From positions 32,001 through 96,000 of IMG/VR virus record IMGVR_UViG_3300032156_000001: a stretch of DNA of 64,000 bases; one strand, 5' to 3'. The translations under genes were made by a program, and so were the position numbers. Positions 17,903-26,991 of the stretch are shown here, piece after piece (the stretch's first letter is position 1; each line of letters starts with the position of its first letter). This DNA is from a virus. The notes under the pieces were generated by a model, which saw only the letters and a program-made list of their open reading frames with translations, did no database searches and had not been told where the DNA came from.

Positions 17903-17931
17903 TTGACTCCGACGGCCCGCAGGGCTAAAGT
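17903..17931 (+). promoter_or_regulatory. sigma70-type promoter
   Basis: TTGACT-17 nt-TAAAGT. Confidence 0.55.
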
Positions 17932-17965
17932 ATACGTCGGCTGAAGGGAGCGAACGGCACAACCA

Positions 17966-18640
17966 ATGAGATGTCCTGCCTGCGGAAACCAGGCGCGGCC
18001 GGTGTCGCCGCCGCGCCCACCGTCATCCGGCGAGCTGGGGCTGAGCCGCTGCCCGTCGTGCGGACATGTCTTCCAGGACCCGCCCACGATTTTGGTCAAA
18101 TACGACGCCGATTACGTCGCCAAATACCGCGGCTACACGGACGAGATGTCCTACCTGCGGCTGGGGTTCCTGAAGGCGTTCGCGGGGGGCGGCCCGCTGC
18201 TGGACTTTGGCTGCGGGGACGGCAGGTTTGTCAAGGTGGCCAGAGCGGGCGGGTTCGACGCCTACGGGTACGACATCCACGGCGTCGACGTCGGCGTGCC
18301 GATGGTGGGGTGGGACAGGATCGGCCGCGCCGACTGGGGCGTCGTGACCATGTTCGATTCGCTTGAGCACGTGCCCGACCTGCATCAGGTCGAGCGGGCC
18401 GCGGCCCGCGCGACGCGGCTGATAATCGCCACGCCGTGCCCGCCGACGGGATTCCCCGACGTGCGCGACTGGAAGCACTATAAGCCTGGTGAGCACCTGC
18501 ACTACTTCAGCCGGGCCTCCTTGCGCCAACTGTTCGTCAGCCGCAAGGAGGTCTGCCACACGAATGTCGAGGACGCGATACGGAAGCCCGACGGTGCCGG
18601 ATGGAACATTCGCACCGTCGTCTTCGAGAAAGAGGAGTAG
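17966..18640 (+). CDS. class I SAM-dependent methyltransferase with N-terminal zinc ribbon
   Basis: CPAC..CPSC; LLDFGCGDG; VVTMFDSLEHVPD; HLHYFSRASL. Confidence 0.85.
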   Translation: MRCPACGNQARPVSPPRPPSSGELGLSRCPSCGHVFQDPPTILVKYDADYVAKYRGYTDEMSYLRLGFLKAFAGGGPLLDFGCGDGRFVKVARAGGFDAYGYDIHGVDVGVPMVGWDRIGRADWGVVTMFDSLEHVPDLHQVERAAARATRLIIATPCPPTGFPDVRDWKHYKPGEHLHYFSRASLRQLFVSRKEVCHTNVEDAIRKPDGAGWNIRTVVFEKEE

Positions 18641-18647
18641 ATGGCGC

Positions 18648-19280
18648 ATGCCCAGCGAGGCGCTGTTCCAGCAATACTACAGGTGGGGCGTCAGGACGGC
18701 GACGAACTTCGCGAGGAGCAAGTCCGTCTCCGCCGCCGACCTGCCCATCTGCGTGAACAGCGGGCTGATAGCGCTGTGGGACTGCACCAAGCGGTACATC
18801 CCGACGAAAGGCAACTTCGCTGCATACGCGCGCTGCCGCATATCCGGCGCCGTGCTGGACACCATGCGCGAGCTGGACCCGCTCTCCAGGTCGCTGCGGC
18901 GCACGTGCGCTGCCAAGGGCCTGCCCCCTCCAAGAGTGTGGAGCATCACCGAGGGGGCCAGGGACCGCGGAACGGACATGTCGTGGCGCGACATCAACGA
19001 GTGGGGAGACGAGCACGCCAACGACGAGGCGGTGCGGTCGGAAGCCGCCGAGGTCGGCCGGCTGCTGCTGCGCTGCCTGACCGATCCCGACCGCAGGCTC
19101 GTGGTCATCCTCATCGACGGCAGCGTGACCGCGCGCGCTTACGCCGAGCAGCTGGGCGTCAACGAGACGCGCGTCAGCCAGCGGTTCCACGAGGCCATCC
19201 TCGCCCTGAGGCGGGCCGCCGCGGAGCGCGGTCTCATCGAGAACCCCGAAGCGCTGCCGTCGCCGGACCGGCGCGGTTAG
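18648..19280 (+). CDS. FliA/WhiG-like (sigma28-type) RNA polymerase sigma factor
   Basis: GLIALWDCTKRY..GNFAAYARCRISGAVLDTMRELDPLSRS (region 2); LGVNETRVSQRFHEAILALR (region 4). Confidence 0.82.
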   Translation: MPSEALFQQYYRWGVRTATNFARSKSVSAADLPICVNSGLIALWDCTKRYIPTKGNFAAYARCRISGAVLDTMRELDPLSRSLRRTCAAKGLPPPRVWSITEGARDRGTDMSWRDINEWGDEHANDEAVRSEAAEVGRLLLRCLTDPDRRLVVILIDGSVTARAYAEQLGVNETRVSQRFHEAILALRRAAAERGLIENPEALPSPDRRG

Positions 19281-19282
19281 GC

Positions 19283-19300
19283 TTTCCAAGGCCTTGGAAA
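19283..19300. repeat. 18-bp palindrome, copy 2
   Basis: TTTCCAAGGCCTTGGAAA, 2 nt after the sigma gene stop. Confidence 0.9.
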
Positions 19301-19316
19301 TGTTCAGGAGGAAACT

Positions 19317-19763
19317 GTGTCGCGATACAACGTGCACGTGTACGCCCTTGTTCGCGTGACGTTTCGTGGATACGAGAAGAAGTACGCGGTAGACACTGTC
19401 GAATCGGTCAGGATCTCGCTGGAAGAGCATGGACTCGATCGTCTTCTTACGGAGCGTTTAAGAGACGGCGAAATCGACGTTCAAAGCATCGAGGCTTGGG
19501 GTCTGGAGCCTGAAGGTAATGACAAAAAGGGCAGCGATGCGGTGGCCATCAAGATGTACGAACCGATGGACGACGGCAGACTGCTGGAAGTGCCGTTCGA
19601 TTGCAATCCCAAACGTGCGACTTTGTTGCGCTTCGTCGATCGCGTAGCCGACGAGCGTTGGGTGCTGAACCGGAGCGCTGAGGCTAAGGCGGAAAAGGCA
19701 GTGGCTACTTTGCGGGAATTCGTCAGGTGGGCGCAGGCACTGTTGAGAAGGAAACCCAGATGA
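19317..19763 (+). CDS. hypothetical protein
   Basis: AGGAGG RBS, GTG start. Confidence 0.6.
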   Translation: MSRYNVHVYALVRVTFRGYEKKYAVDTVESVRISLEEHGLDRLLTERLRDGEIDVQSIEAWGLEPEGNDKKGSDAVAIKMYEPMDDGRLLEVPFDCNPKRATLLRFVDRVADERWVLNRSAEAKAEKAVATLREFVRWAQALLRRKPR

Positions 19764-20083
19764 AGATCATCGAGTTCACGGTGGAAAGGGTGGGGACAAG
19801 CGTCATCCTGAACGGCGAGTGCGTGCCGAAGGGCGTGGCGAAGGTTGACGAGACCGTCATCCGCAAGAAGCTGCACCCGGAGCACCTCTGGGCCCTGGCC
19901 TGCGAGGCGCGCAAGCTGTCGTTCCTGCTGGCCCAGGCGTACAACGAGGCCCAGGTCCGCGAGGGCGAGATCTCGCAGGCCCAGGCCGAGAGGAACCTGG
20001 CGGTCATGAAGGCCAAGCGGCGGCAGCTCCTGAAGCAGGACCCGATCGCCGCGCTGCTGAACAAGGACCGAGGGGGGACCTGA
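19760..20083 (+). CDS. hypothetical protein
   Basis: ATGA coupling; MKIIEFTVERVG. Confidence 0.65.
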   Translation: MKIIEFTVERVGTSVILNGECVPKGVAKVDETVIRKKLHPEHLWALACEARKLSFLLAQAYNEAQVREGEISQAQAERNLAVMKAKRRQLLKQDPIAALLNKDRGGT

Positions 20084-20793
20084 TGACCGGCCTGGTGCGG
20101 CCGCACGTGTTCGCGCTGCTGTACGGGGATTTCCTGAAACTGCACGAACGGCTGGTGCTCAGCCTCGCGCGGAACGTACCCAGCGAAGCCCCGGTCTGGC
20201 TGTGGCTGAACGTGGTGTGCCATGACACCAAGTCGGCCCTGGCCCCCGGCAGGACGAAGGTCAACTGGCGCACGTTCATGAGCAACGTGAATGTGGGCAA
20301 GTACAGGGCCATGCGGCAGATGTTCACCGAGGCCCTCAAGAACCCGAACTGGAACTGGGCCGTGTGGTTCGACGACGATTCCCACATAGACAAGGCCGAC
20401 TGGTGGGAGACGTGGGACGAGTACGTCAGCTCCAGGATGGCCGAGGGTCCGGGGAAGATCGCCTATGTCGGCCAGCCGTGGTGGCTGCACTACACGCCCG
20501 GCATGTGGCAGGCCGTCAAGGAGGCGAAGTGGTTCAAGGGCAAGGAGCCCGAGACCATAAGGGACAAGCCCGCCGTCACGTTCGCCACCGGCGGCTACTG
20601 GTGGCTGGCGCGCTGGGCGCTCGAGAAGCTGGACTGGCCGGATATCCGGCTGAACCACAACGGCGGGGACCACTTGCTTGCGCAGGCGGTGCGGCAGCAG
20701 GACTGGCCGTTCCACAAGTTCGCCTACGGCGTGAAGGTCAACGACGCGAAGCGCCGCGGCTACTGGGAACCTGCACTGGGGGATAAGCAATGA
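20083..20793 (+). CDS. GT-A-like glycosyltransferase-related protein, paralog A
   Basis: NVGKYRAMR, WAVWFDDDSHI, FATGGYWW, WPDIRLNHNGGD. Confidence 0.55.
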   Translation: MTGLVRPHVFALLYGDFLKLHERLVLSLARNVPSEAPVWLWLNVVCHDTKSALAPGRTKVNWRTFMSNVNVGKYRAMRQMFTEALKNPNWNWAVWFDDDSHIDKADWWETWDEYVSSRMAEGPGKIAYVGQPWWLHYTPGMWQAVKEAKWFKGKEPETIRDKPAVTFATGGYWWLARWALEKLDWPDIRLNHNGGDHLLAQAVRQQDWPFHKFAYGVKVNDAKRRGYWEPALGDKQ

Positions 20794-21157
20794 AGGAGCT
20801 GGACGAGTTCACGCAGGCGTTCGTTGCAGCCCTGCTGTGGTCGGAATCCGGTGACGACGATGAATATCTCGATTCGCGTTATACGGTCGAGGACTTTGCC
20901 GAGGAGACGCTCGCGTGCATCGTGAAGGAATGCGAGGAGTTCCAGCGCGCGAACGCCGCGGACATCAAGGACCGTCTTGCCCGCGCCGGGCATGATTTCG
21001 CCCTCACGAGGAACCACCACGGCGCAGGGTTCTGGGACGGCGACTGGCCGGAGGCCGGGGACCGGCTGACGGAAGCCGCGGGGAAGTTCAAAGAGTTCCA
21101 TCTCTATGCCGGGGATGACGGCAAGCTGTACGCTGAATCTGGGGGATAAGCAATGAA
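20776..21157 (+). repeat. 19-bp direct repeats flanking gene 20790-21149
   Basis: CTGGGGGATAAGCAATGAA at 20776-20794 and 21139-21157. Confidence 0.85.
20790..21149 (+). CDS. acidic phage-type hypothetical protein
   Basis: AGHDFALTRNHHGAGFWDGDW motif, recalled from phage hypotheticals. Confidence 0.7.
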   Translation: MKELDEFTQAFVAALLWSESGDDDEYLDSRYTVEDFAEETLACIVKECEEFQRANAADIKDRLARAGHDFALTRNHHGAGFWDGDWPEAGDRLTEAAGKFKEFHLYAGDDGKLYAESGG

Positions 21158-21287
21158 AGGACTGCTGCGGACGGTCAACGTGGGCTGCGGTTGCTGCGCG
21201 CGGTCATGGTAATCAAGGAGGGCGGATCGTACGCGGAGTTCCAAGAGGCGCTGAATCCGCAAGGGACACCGGCCAAGAGGAGGATAC

Positions 21288-21605
21288 GTGGCGAAGAGAG
21301 ATTACGTGCCGCACCGCAACGCCCAGGCCGTCCAGGCGGGCATGAAGAGCAGGGAAGACGACCTGGCTGAGCTGAACCGGGCCCTGGGCGCGTTCGTCGG
21401 CTCGATGCAATCGAAGCTGATAACCAAATACGACAAGGGCTACTGCGGCTGGAACGACCCGCGGATCGAGACCCACAGCAACCTGCTCCGCCTCCTGAAG
21501 AAGAACCTGGAGGAATGCGACTACATCGACGTGGCCAACCTGGCGATGATGCTGCACCTGCGGCAGAGGGCGATCCACCATGAAGTCCGTGAAGCCCGGC
21601 GATAG
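21288..21605 (+). CDS. phage-type hypothetical protein
   Basis: KGYCGW...DYIDVANLAMML. Confidence 0.65.
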   Translation: MAKRDYVPHRNAQAVQAGMKSREDDLAELNRALGAFVGSMQSKLITKYDKGYCGWNDPRIETHSNLLRLLKKNLEECDYIDVANLAMMLHLRQRAIHHEVREARR

Positions 21606-22002
21606 GGTCTACTGGGACGACCCCGACGGCCGCAAGTGCGGCGGCTTCGGCACGGTCGTCAGCGTCCACGGCGACCGCGCGGACGCGTCCGTCCGCCTGA
21701 AGATGGAAAGCGGCGGGGAGACGGAGGCGCTGCTTCACGAGCTGAAGCGCGCGATCAACGTCGTCGTCCAGATGGACGGCGGGACGATACAGGCGGTCCT
21801 CATTGACGCGAAGGACGTCGCCATCGAGAACGCCGTGTTCACGGAGCGCTCAAAGTACGTGGAAGACGATCTTGTCGAAGTGAAGACCGGCATGCTGGCC
21901 GGCGAGGCGATATACTCCGTGCATGAGGTCACGGGCCCGACCAACAAGGCCACGATGCAGGGCGCGTTGGCCGCCGCCAGGAAGTACGTCGAGGAGGATT
22001 AA
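21580..22002 (+). CDS. hypothetical protein
   Basis: Overlapping start; codon bias. Confidence 0.65.
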   Translation: MKSVKPGDRVYWDDPDGRKCGGFGTVVSVHGDRADASVRLKMESGGETEALLHELKRAINVVVQMDGGTIQAVLIDAKDVAIENAVFTERSKYVEDDLVEVKTGMLAGEAIYSVHEVTGPTNKATMQGALAAARKYVEED

Positions 22003-22003
22003 C

Positions 22004-22708
22004 ATGGACCCCCTTGGCCCGGTCACCCCGGCGATAGGCGCCCTCCTATACGGCCCCTATCCGGATCTGCACAAGAAGTTCCTGGATGGGCTGTGGCTTG
22101 GCAAGCTGCACTCGCTGCCCGTCTACCTCTGGCTGAACGTCGTGGGCGACAAGACGCGGAAGTTGCTGGAATCGCATCCGCTGCATTGGCGGATCTTCGA
22201 TTCTGCGGAGGAAAACCTCGGCAAGTACAAGGCGATGCGCATCCTGCTGGACGGCGCGCGCAAGGACCCCGACTGGAACTGGTGGGTCTGGTTCGACGAC
22301 GACACGCCGATAGTGAAGGCGGACTGGCTGGCGAAGTGGAAGCAATTCATCGACGGCCGCCGCGACAAGAACGTATGCTACATAGGCACGATCAGGGTCA
22401 AGCACTTCCCGCCCGGCTTCTGGGACGTGGTGAAGGCGGCCGACTGGTTCAAGGGCCGGCCGCCGGGGCACCCGCTGCGGAAGGAGGGCGTCGACTTCGC
22501 CCGCGGCGCGCACTGGTGGCTCCGCCGCGACGTGCTGGAAACCCTTGACTGGCCGGACAGGAGGCTGGACCATAACTACGGGGACGTACTGCTTGGCGAG
22601 GCGATACACCAGCTGAGGCTGCCCGTGCACAAGAACGACTACGGCATCAAGATGGACATCATGAAGCGGCGGGGCCGGACGTCCGGCCTGCCGCCGGTCA
22701 AGCTCTGA
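22004..22708 (+). CDS. GT-A-like glycosyltransferase-related protein, paralog B
   Basis: NLGKYKAMR, WWVWFDDDTPI, FARGAHWW, WPDRRLDHNYGD; aligns by eye with 20083-20793. Confidence 0.6.
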   Translation: MDPLGPVTPAIGALLYGPYPDLHKKFLDGLWLGKLHSLPVYLWLNVVGDKTRKLLESHPLHWRIFDSAEENLGKYKAMRILLDGARKDPDWNWWVWFDDDTPIVKADWLAKWKQFIDGRRDKNVCYIGTIRVKHFPPGFWDVVKAADWFKGRPPGHPLRKEGVDFARGAHWWLRRDVLETLDWPDRRLDHNYGDVLLGEAIHQLRLPVHKNDYGIKMDIMKRRGRTSGLPPVKL

Positions 22709-22718
22709 GGAGGTCGAG

Positions 22719-23375
22719 ATGCAGATCAGGGAGGCTATGGGGCACCTGACGGGGTTGTTCGTGGCGGCCAAGCTGGCCCACGAGGGCAATCCCCTGACGG
22801 CGCAGGCGCTTGGGGCGGCCGAGGTGGCGCTCCAGACGCTGTCGGCGTACACCGAAGTCCCTCTCACGGGCTTCAAGAGCGACGAATTGGCGGCCCGGAC
22901 GAAGGTGATGCTGCCTTTGTTCGGGTTGTCTCCACAGCCTCGGCCGGACCCGCTCGCGTCAGCGACGGGCCCGGTCGCAGCACCCACGCCGGACGGCAAG
23001 CCGATGGCGGTTGCGCCAGTCGCGCCGCCCTCGCCGTCCGCAACGCCTGGCCCGCAGGACATATTGCGCCGCAGCTACGCGGCGCAGGTGGCAGGCGGCA
23101 GGCGCACCGTGTCGGCGCCGGAGGACGTTGAGAAGGCGCGCGCCGACGCGCAGTACATCATCGAGAACGCCCCGTTCGTTCCCGAAGCCGGCCAGGAGTT
23201 CGCGACGAGCGTCGCGGCCACGGCGGCTTCCATCCTGGCGACCATAGACAGGACCGACCGCGTCAGCGGCAAGCAGGCCACCGCGCTGGAGAACATGCGC
23301 GGCGGCCTGGAGAAGTGGCTCTTCAGGCGCGGCGAGGAGATGGCCGACGAAGGCGAGTGCATGAGGGACGACTGA
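22719..23375 (+). CDS. hypothetical protein
   Basis: GGAGG RBS; Pro/Ala-rich linker. Confidence 0.7.
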   Translation: MQIREAMGHLTGLFVAAKLAHEGNPLTAQALGAAEVALQTLSAYTEVPLTGFKSDELAARTKVMLPLFGLSPQPRPDPLASATGPVAAPTPDGKPMAVAPVAPPSPSATPGPQDILRRSYAAQVAGGRRTVSAPEDVEKARADAQYIIENAPFVPEAGQEFATSVAATAASILATIDRTDRVSGKQATALENMRGGLEKWLFRRGEEMADEGECMRDD

Positions 23376-23774
23376 ATGCGCCCCGCCGAGCGCCGGGAGC
23401 GGCGCGCGAAGATGCGCCGGGCCAGGTACGACAGGATGGTCCGGTTCCTTCCGCGCCTGCGCGAGTTCTGCGCCCGCGTCGCGGTAACGATGAGGAAGAC
23501 CGACGGCGGGAACGGCTGGGAATTCCGCCGCGGCGAATACATCCTCCTGTGGACGCCGGCTACCAATACCGTAGTCATCCAGACTACATTGCGCGGCAGC
23601 GCCGACGTGCGCTTCAAGGAGCCCGGCCGTCCAGGCAGGCCGCGCATCCTCGTCGCGCTGGAACGGGTCTGCTCGGTCAGGCCGGGGGTGGCAAATGAGC
23701 CTACGCGAAGTCCCCGTCACCGTGTCGACGGACCAGCCGGCCATGTCGGCGTGCGCGCTGTGCGGCCGGCCTAG
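23376..23774 (+). CDS. Arg-rich hypothetical protein
   Basis: Starts right after the upstream stop. Confidence 0.5.
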   Translation: MRPAERRERRAKMRRARYDRMVRFLPRLREFCARVAVTMRKTDGGNGWEFRRGEYILLWTPATNTVVIQTTLRGSADVRFKEPGRPGRPRILVALERVCSVRPGVANEPTRSPRHRVDGPAGHVGVRAVRPA

Positions 23775-24027
23775 CGGGCCCAATGACGACCCGTTCGTGT
23801 TCATCGAGACTAGCGGCACGCTGTCGGCCCTCGTGGAGTCATACTGCCGGCCGTGCTATAGGAAACTCAGATACTACGCCCTGGCCGACCTGGACAGTTG
23901 GCCCGACATAGATGCTGTCGAGCGCGGCCCTGTCCGATTCAATCTGCCGCCCTGGCTTGTCGTTGGCGGCTCCGGACTCAAGCTGTACCATTCCTGCCAC
24001 GACAAGGCCGAAGGCGAAGGCAGCTGA
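23695..24027 (+). CDS. zinc-finger hypothetical protein
   Basis: CALC...CRPC. Confidence 0.5.
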   Translation: MSLREVPVTVSTDQPAMSACALCGRPSGPNDDPFVFIETSGTLSALVESYCRPCYRKLRYYALADLDSWPDIDAVERGPVRFNLPPWLVVGGSGLKLYHSCHDKAEGEGS

Positions 24028-24030
24028 CAT

Positions 24031-24062
24031 CGGGGGCGGGGCCGGCGCCGGCCCCGCCCCCG
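24031..24062. repeat. perfect 32-bp GC-rich palindrome
   Basis: CGGGGGCGGGGCCGGC|GCCGGCCCCGCCCCCG, right after a stop codon. Confidence 0.8.
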
Positions 24063-24074
24063 CCCCACTTTCAG

Positions 24075-24103
24075 TTGCGCGATGGCAGAACAGAAGGTAT
24101 AGT
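24075..24103 (+). promoter_or_regulatory. sigma70-type promoter
   Basis: TTGCGC-17 nt-TATAGT. Confidence 0.45.
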
Positions 24104-24146
24104 GTTAGCGAGACTTACGCCCTACGACTGGTTGGGGGCGAGGCAC

Positions 24147-24455
24147 ATGGCGCTACACGAGCACCATAAACGCAACTTCGCGGCCATAGTTCAGGCTGCC
24201 CGAGACGGCAACGTCGCCGTCGTGGCGGTCAAGAGGAAGACCACCTGCGAGGAAGCCGCTGCGCTCTGTGCCATCTGCCATGAGCCGGACGGTCGCAGCA
24301 CGTTCGTGCCCTTTGCCATCATGGTGGACGGGAACCCGTTCGAGGACTATGAGCTGCTTCTGCCGGACTCCATCACCAAGCCGGCGACCCGCCTTGACCG
24401 CATTGCGGCTGCGCGCCGCAGGAAGGCCGGCGACGGCCCGCCGTCGGGCAACTGA
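24147..24455 (+). CDS. DUF6117-like hypothetical protein
   Basis: NFAAIVQAARDGNVAVV...LCAI...FVPFAIMVDGNPFEDY. Confidence 0.45.
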   Translation: MALHEHHKRNFAAIVQAARDGNVAVVAVKRKTTCEEAAALCAICHEPDGRSTFVPFAIMVDGNPFEDYELLLPDSITKPATRLDRIAAARRRKAGDGPPSGN

Positions 24456-24521
24456 CCGAAGTTCTTGTTGCTTTATCAATCTTGCCGATTACACTCCTTA
24501 CAACTAAGGGAGGGTTGGGCG

Positions 24522-25526
24522 TTGACGCTTGACGTTCGTGACACGGCTCCGTTGATGGACAGCCAAGAGCCGGCCGACGTGCACGTCCTCTATTCGGCGC
24601 GGCAGCTCGGCAACGACCTGCTGCCCGCTTGGATCGTGCACTTCCTGCGGGAGCACTGGCGGACCGGCGCGCGGGCCTTCGACGTGGACGGCCTGCGTGA
24701 CAGTAGATACAACTCCGACTTCAGCGAATCGGCGAAGGCGCTGGTCCTGCTGGACGCCGTGGAGTTCTACACGAAGAACCGGCTGCGGCTTAACGGGCGC
24801 GCCTGGACCTGCGCCTGCGCGTGGTGCTACGACTCCATCCATCCGTTCAAGACGGCGGCGTTGCCGCCCTCCGAGGTGGGCGTCCACGCCGTGTTCTCCA
24901 ACTGCGCGTCGTTCGTGAAGGAGCTGCCGGCGATGATACCGGCGGCCTTCTGCTGGAAGCCGCAGCGGCCGACGCCGCCGAAGAAGCCTTTCCCGCGGTC
25001 GGGCCGTATAGGGGCGGTGCTGCCCAATGTGGCGGACAGAGACTTCTGCCTGCTTGAGCGCGCGCGGTCCATCGCTGAGTCTGTGGGCAAACCGGCTAGC
25101 TTCACGGTCTATCTGCCGGCGTTCGCGACCATTTCCGATCTGCCCGTCAGTTTGGCGAAGCACGCCGTCGTGGGCGACAGCGAATCGTTCGGGCTGGACC
25201 GGCTCGACGCGGTGATACCCGCGCCGCGCCTGACCGACTACCGGCACGGCATCGTGCCGCCCGAACTGCTTCAGGCCCTCCTGTACGGCAAGCCTGTGCT
25301 GGCGATCTACCATCCTGCGCTGGATGCCGTAGTCCCCCACGCGCATTTCCTGCTGCGGTCGCTGTCGGCGTTCGACGAGGCCGTCGCGGCGGCGCTGGAA
25401 CTCAAGGACCTGCCGAGACTGGACCCCGACGACGAGAATGTGCGCAAGGATCTCAACACGACCCCGGAGCGGTTCGTCGACCTCGTGATGACGGCCGCGC
25501 AGAACTGGCTGAGGAGGAAGCCTTGA
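24522..25526 (+). CDS. putative GT-B-fold glycosyltransferase-like protein
   Basis: C-terminal PPELLQALLYGKPVLA...FDEAVAAAL; TTG start after GGGAGGG. Confidence 0.4.
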   Translation: MTLDVRDTAPLMDSQEPADVHVLYSARQLGNDLLPAWIVHFLREHWRTGARAFDVDGLRDSRYNSDFSESAKALVLLDAVEFYTKNRLRLNGRAWTCACAWCYDSIHPFKTAALPPSEVGVHAVFSNCASFVKELPAMIPAAFCWKPQRPTPPKKPFPRSGRIGAVLPNVADRDFCLLERARSIAESVGKPASFTVYLPAFATISDLPVSLAKHAVVGDSESFGLDRLDAVIPAPRLTDYRHGIVPPELLQALLYGKPVLAIYHPALDAVVPHAHFLLRSLSAFDEAVAAALELKDLPRLDPDDENVRKDLNTTPERFVDLVMTAAQNWLRRKP

Positions 25527-26398
25527 GCGAGTCGGAGCCGGGCCGGATCGACTTCGCCGGCCCCAACAGGCGGTACTGGCAGCTGATGGACGGCGCCGGG
25601 CGCGGCCTGCTCGGCGAGGCCCTGACCGACGATGCCGTGGTGGAGTACACCGACGGCCTGTGGCGGGTGCTGGCGCCCGGCGAGCCGGTCACGATGGCGG
25701 TCCGGCAGATGATGGCCGCCTACGTCGGCAGGACGCTCGACTGGCAGGTGCGCCGCTCGATCTTCTGGCGGCTGGCGGCCGCGTTCGACCGGCTGCTGGA
25801 CAACGAGAAGGTGGACACGCAGTTCACGCAGACGGCGCCGTACTGGACCGGCCTGCGCGTCCTGGACGCCTGGTACTCGCGGCCGTCGCGCGAAGGCAAG
25901 TCGATGGTGGACGTGTCCATGTTCGTGTACGGCGGCCCGTTCGCCGGTCTCGACTTCACGCAGCGGGTGCCGTGGCGCTGGCTGATGCGCGTGCTGGCCT
26001 GGGACGTCGGCTTCACGCGGTTCAAGCGCGTCCACATAGGCGAGCTGGTGCAGGCGCGGCTGATAGGGCTGCTGGACACGTCGGAGGTCGGCCGCCCCAA
26101 GCTGGCGGAGTACCGCGGCAAGGCGGGGATAAAGGCGTTCAACCGGGGGCTCAGGAAAGACAGGCAGTTCTGCCGGCTGGGACTGGCTGGCCATGAGTGC
26201 TGGTCTTGCTGGATGGGCTACGCGTATGAGCCTGGCGTCATGGACCCGTGCATGAAGGCGGCCCACTCGCGGCGATGGGTGCAGCGGCCGTGCAAGGCGT
26301 GCGGGCACGACGGCTGGTTCGACCCGGGGTACGACACGTTCACGTGCCTTCGCTGCGTGGCGCGCGACAACGATCTGAGGCAACGGATAGGCGGATGA
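25523..26398 (+). CDS. hypothetical protein with C-terminal Cys cluster
   Basis: CWSC, CKAC, CLRC. Confidence 0.7.
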   Translation: MSESEPGRIDFAGPNRRYWQLMDGAGRGLLGEALTDDAVVEYTDGLWRVLAPGEPVTMAVRQMMAAYVGRTLDWQVRRSIFWRLAAAFDRLLDNEKVDTQFTQTAPYWTGLRVLDAWYSRPSREGKSMVDVSMFVYGGPFAGLDFTQRVPWRWLMRVLAWDVGFTRFKRVHIGELVQARLIGLLDTSEVGRPKLAEYRGKAGIKAFNRGLRKDRQFCRLGLAGHECWSCWMGYAYEPGVMDPCMKAAHSRRWVQRPCKACGHDGWFDPGYDTFTCLRCVARDNDLRQRIGG

Positions 26399-26402
26399 TG
26401 CC

Positions 26403-26618
26403 ATGCTGCGCTGCCTGCTGTGCGAACTGGTGATGGAGCCGATCGGCATCCCGCCTGCCTGCCCGAACTGCGGGGCCAAGGTGCTGCCGTGCGATCCCGT
26501 CGATGAGCTGAGGACGGTGCAGGACAGGATGGACTGGCTGCGGCAACAGGTAACTCGGAGGACGGGCAATGGTGATGCAGGTTCGGGACGGGAGCGGCAA
26601 GGGCTGGTACGCGCCTAA
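26403..26618 (+). CDS. small zinc-ribbon protein
   Basis: CLLC..CPNC. Confidence 0.45.
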   Translation: MLRCLLCELVMEPIGIPPACPNCGAKVLPCDPVDELRTVQDRMDWLRQQVTRRTGNGDAGSGRERQGLVRA

Positions 26619-26991
26619 CAGGGACCTTGCGTATGTTCTGCCGTCCCTGGTGAGCGCCACCCTGCACGCGATGGGTGACTGCAAGGCCGTTCCCAACATC
26701 GACGCGGAGTCGGTGGGCAAGGTGGCCGTAGCGCTGGCGAAGATCTTTCTCGATATCGCGGGCGACAAGCCGCCTGACAAGTTCGCAGTCCTGGAGCGCC
26801 TGCTGGAACTGGAGAAGGAGCAGCCGGCCGCCGTCCGCGAGGTGTGCTGGTCGCTCTTCAAGGTGCTCATGGGTGCCTACAGGCAGTGGGTCGGCGAGGT
26901 CAGGCCGAAGACGCCGGACGACAAGCCGCTGGAGACGGCGGAGCTGAAGCAGCTGCTGGCCCGCTTCGCCTCGCCGGAAGGGAAAAGCTGA
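26569..26991 (+). CDS. hypothetical protein
   Basis: Codon bias; coupled to the next ORF. Confidence 0.65.
   Translation: MVMQVRDGSGKGWYAPNRDLAYVLPSLVSATLHAMGDCKAVPNIDAESVGKVAVALAKIFLDIAGDKPPDKFAVLERLLELEKEQPAAVREVCWSLFKVLMGAYRQWVGEVRPKTPDDKPLETAELKQLLARFASPEGKS

Noticed and set aside
18648-19280. sigma28 consensus promoters (TAAA-N15-GCCGATAA) for the FliA-like sigma
   Set aside because: GCCGAT-like hexamers at about 3540 and 24484 lack a correctly spaced TAAA; none was found by eye.
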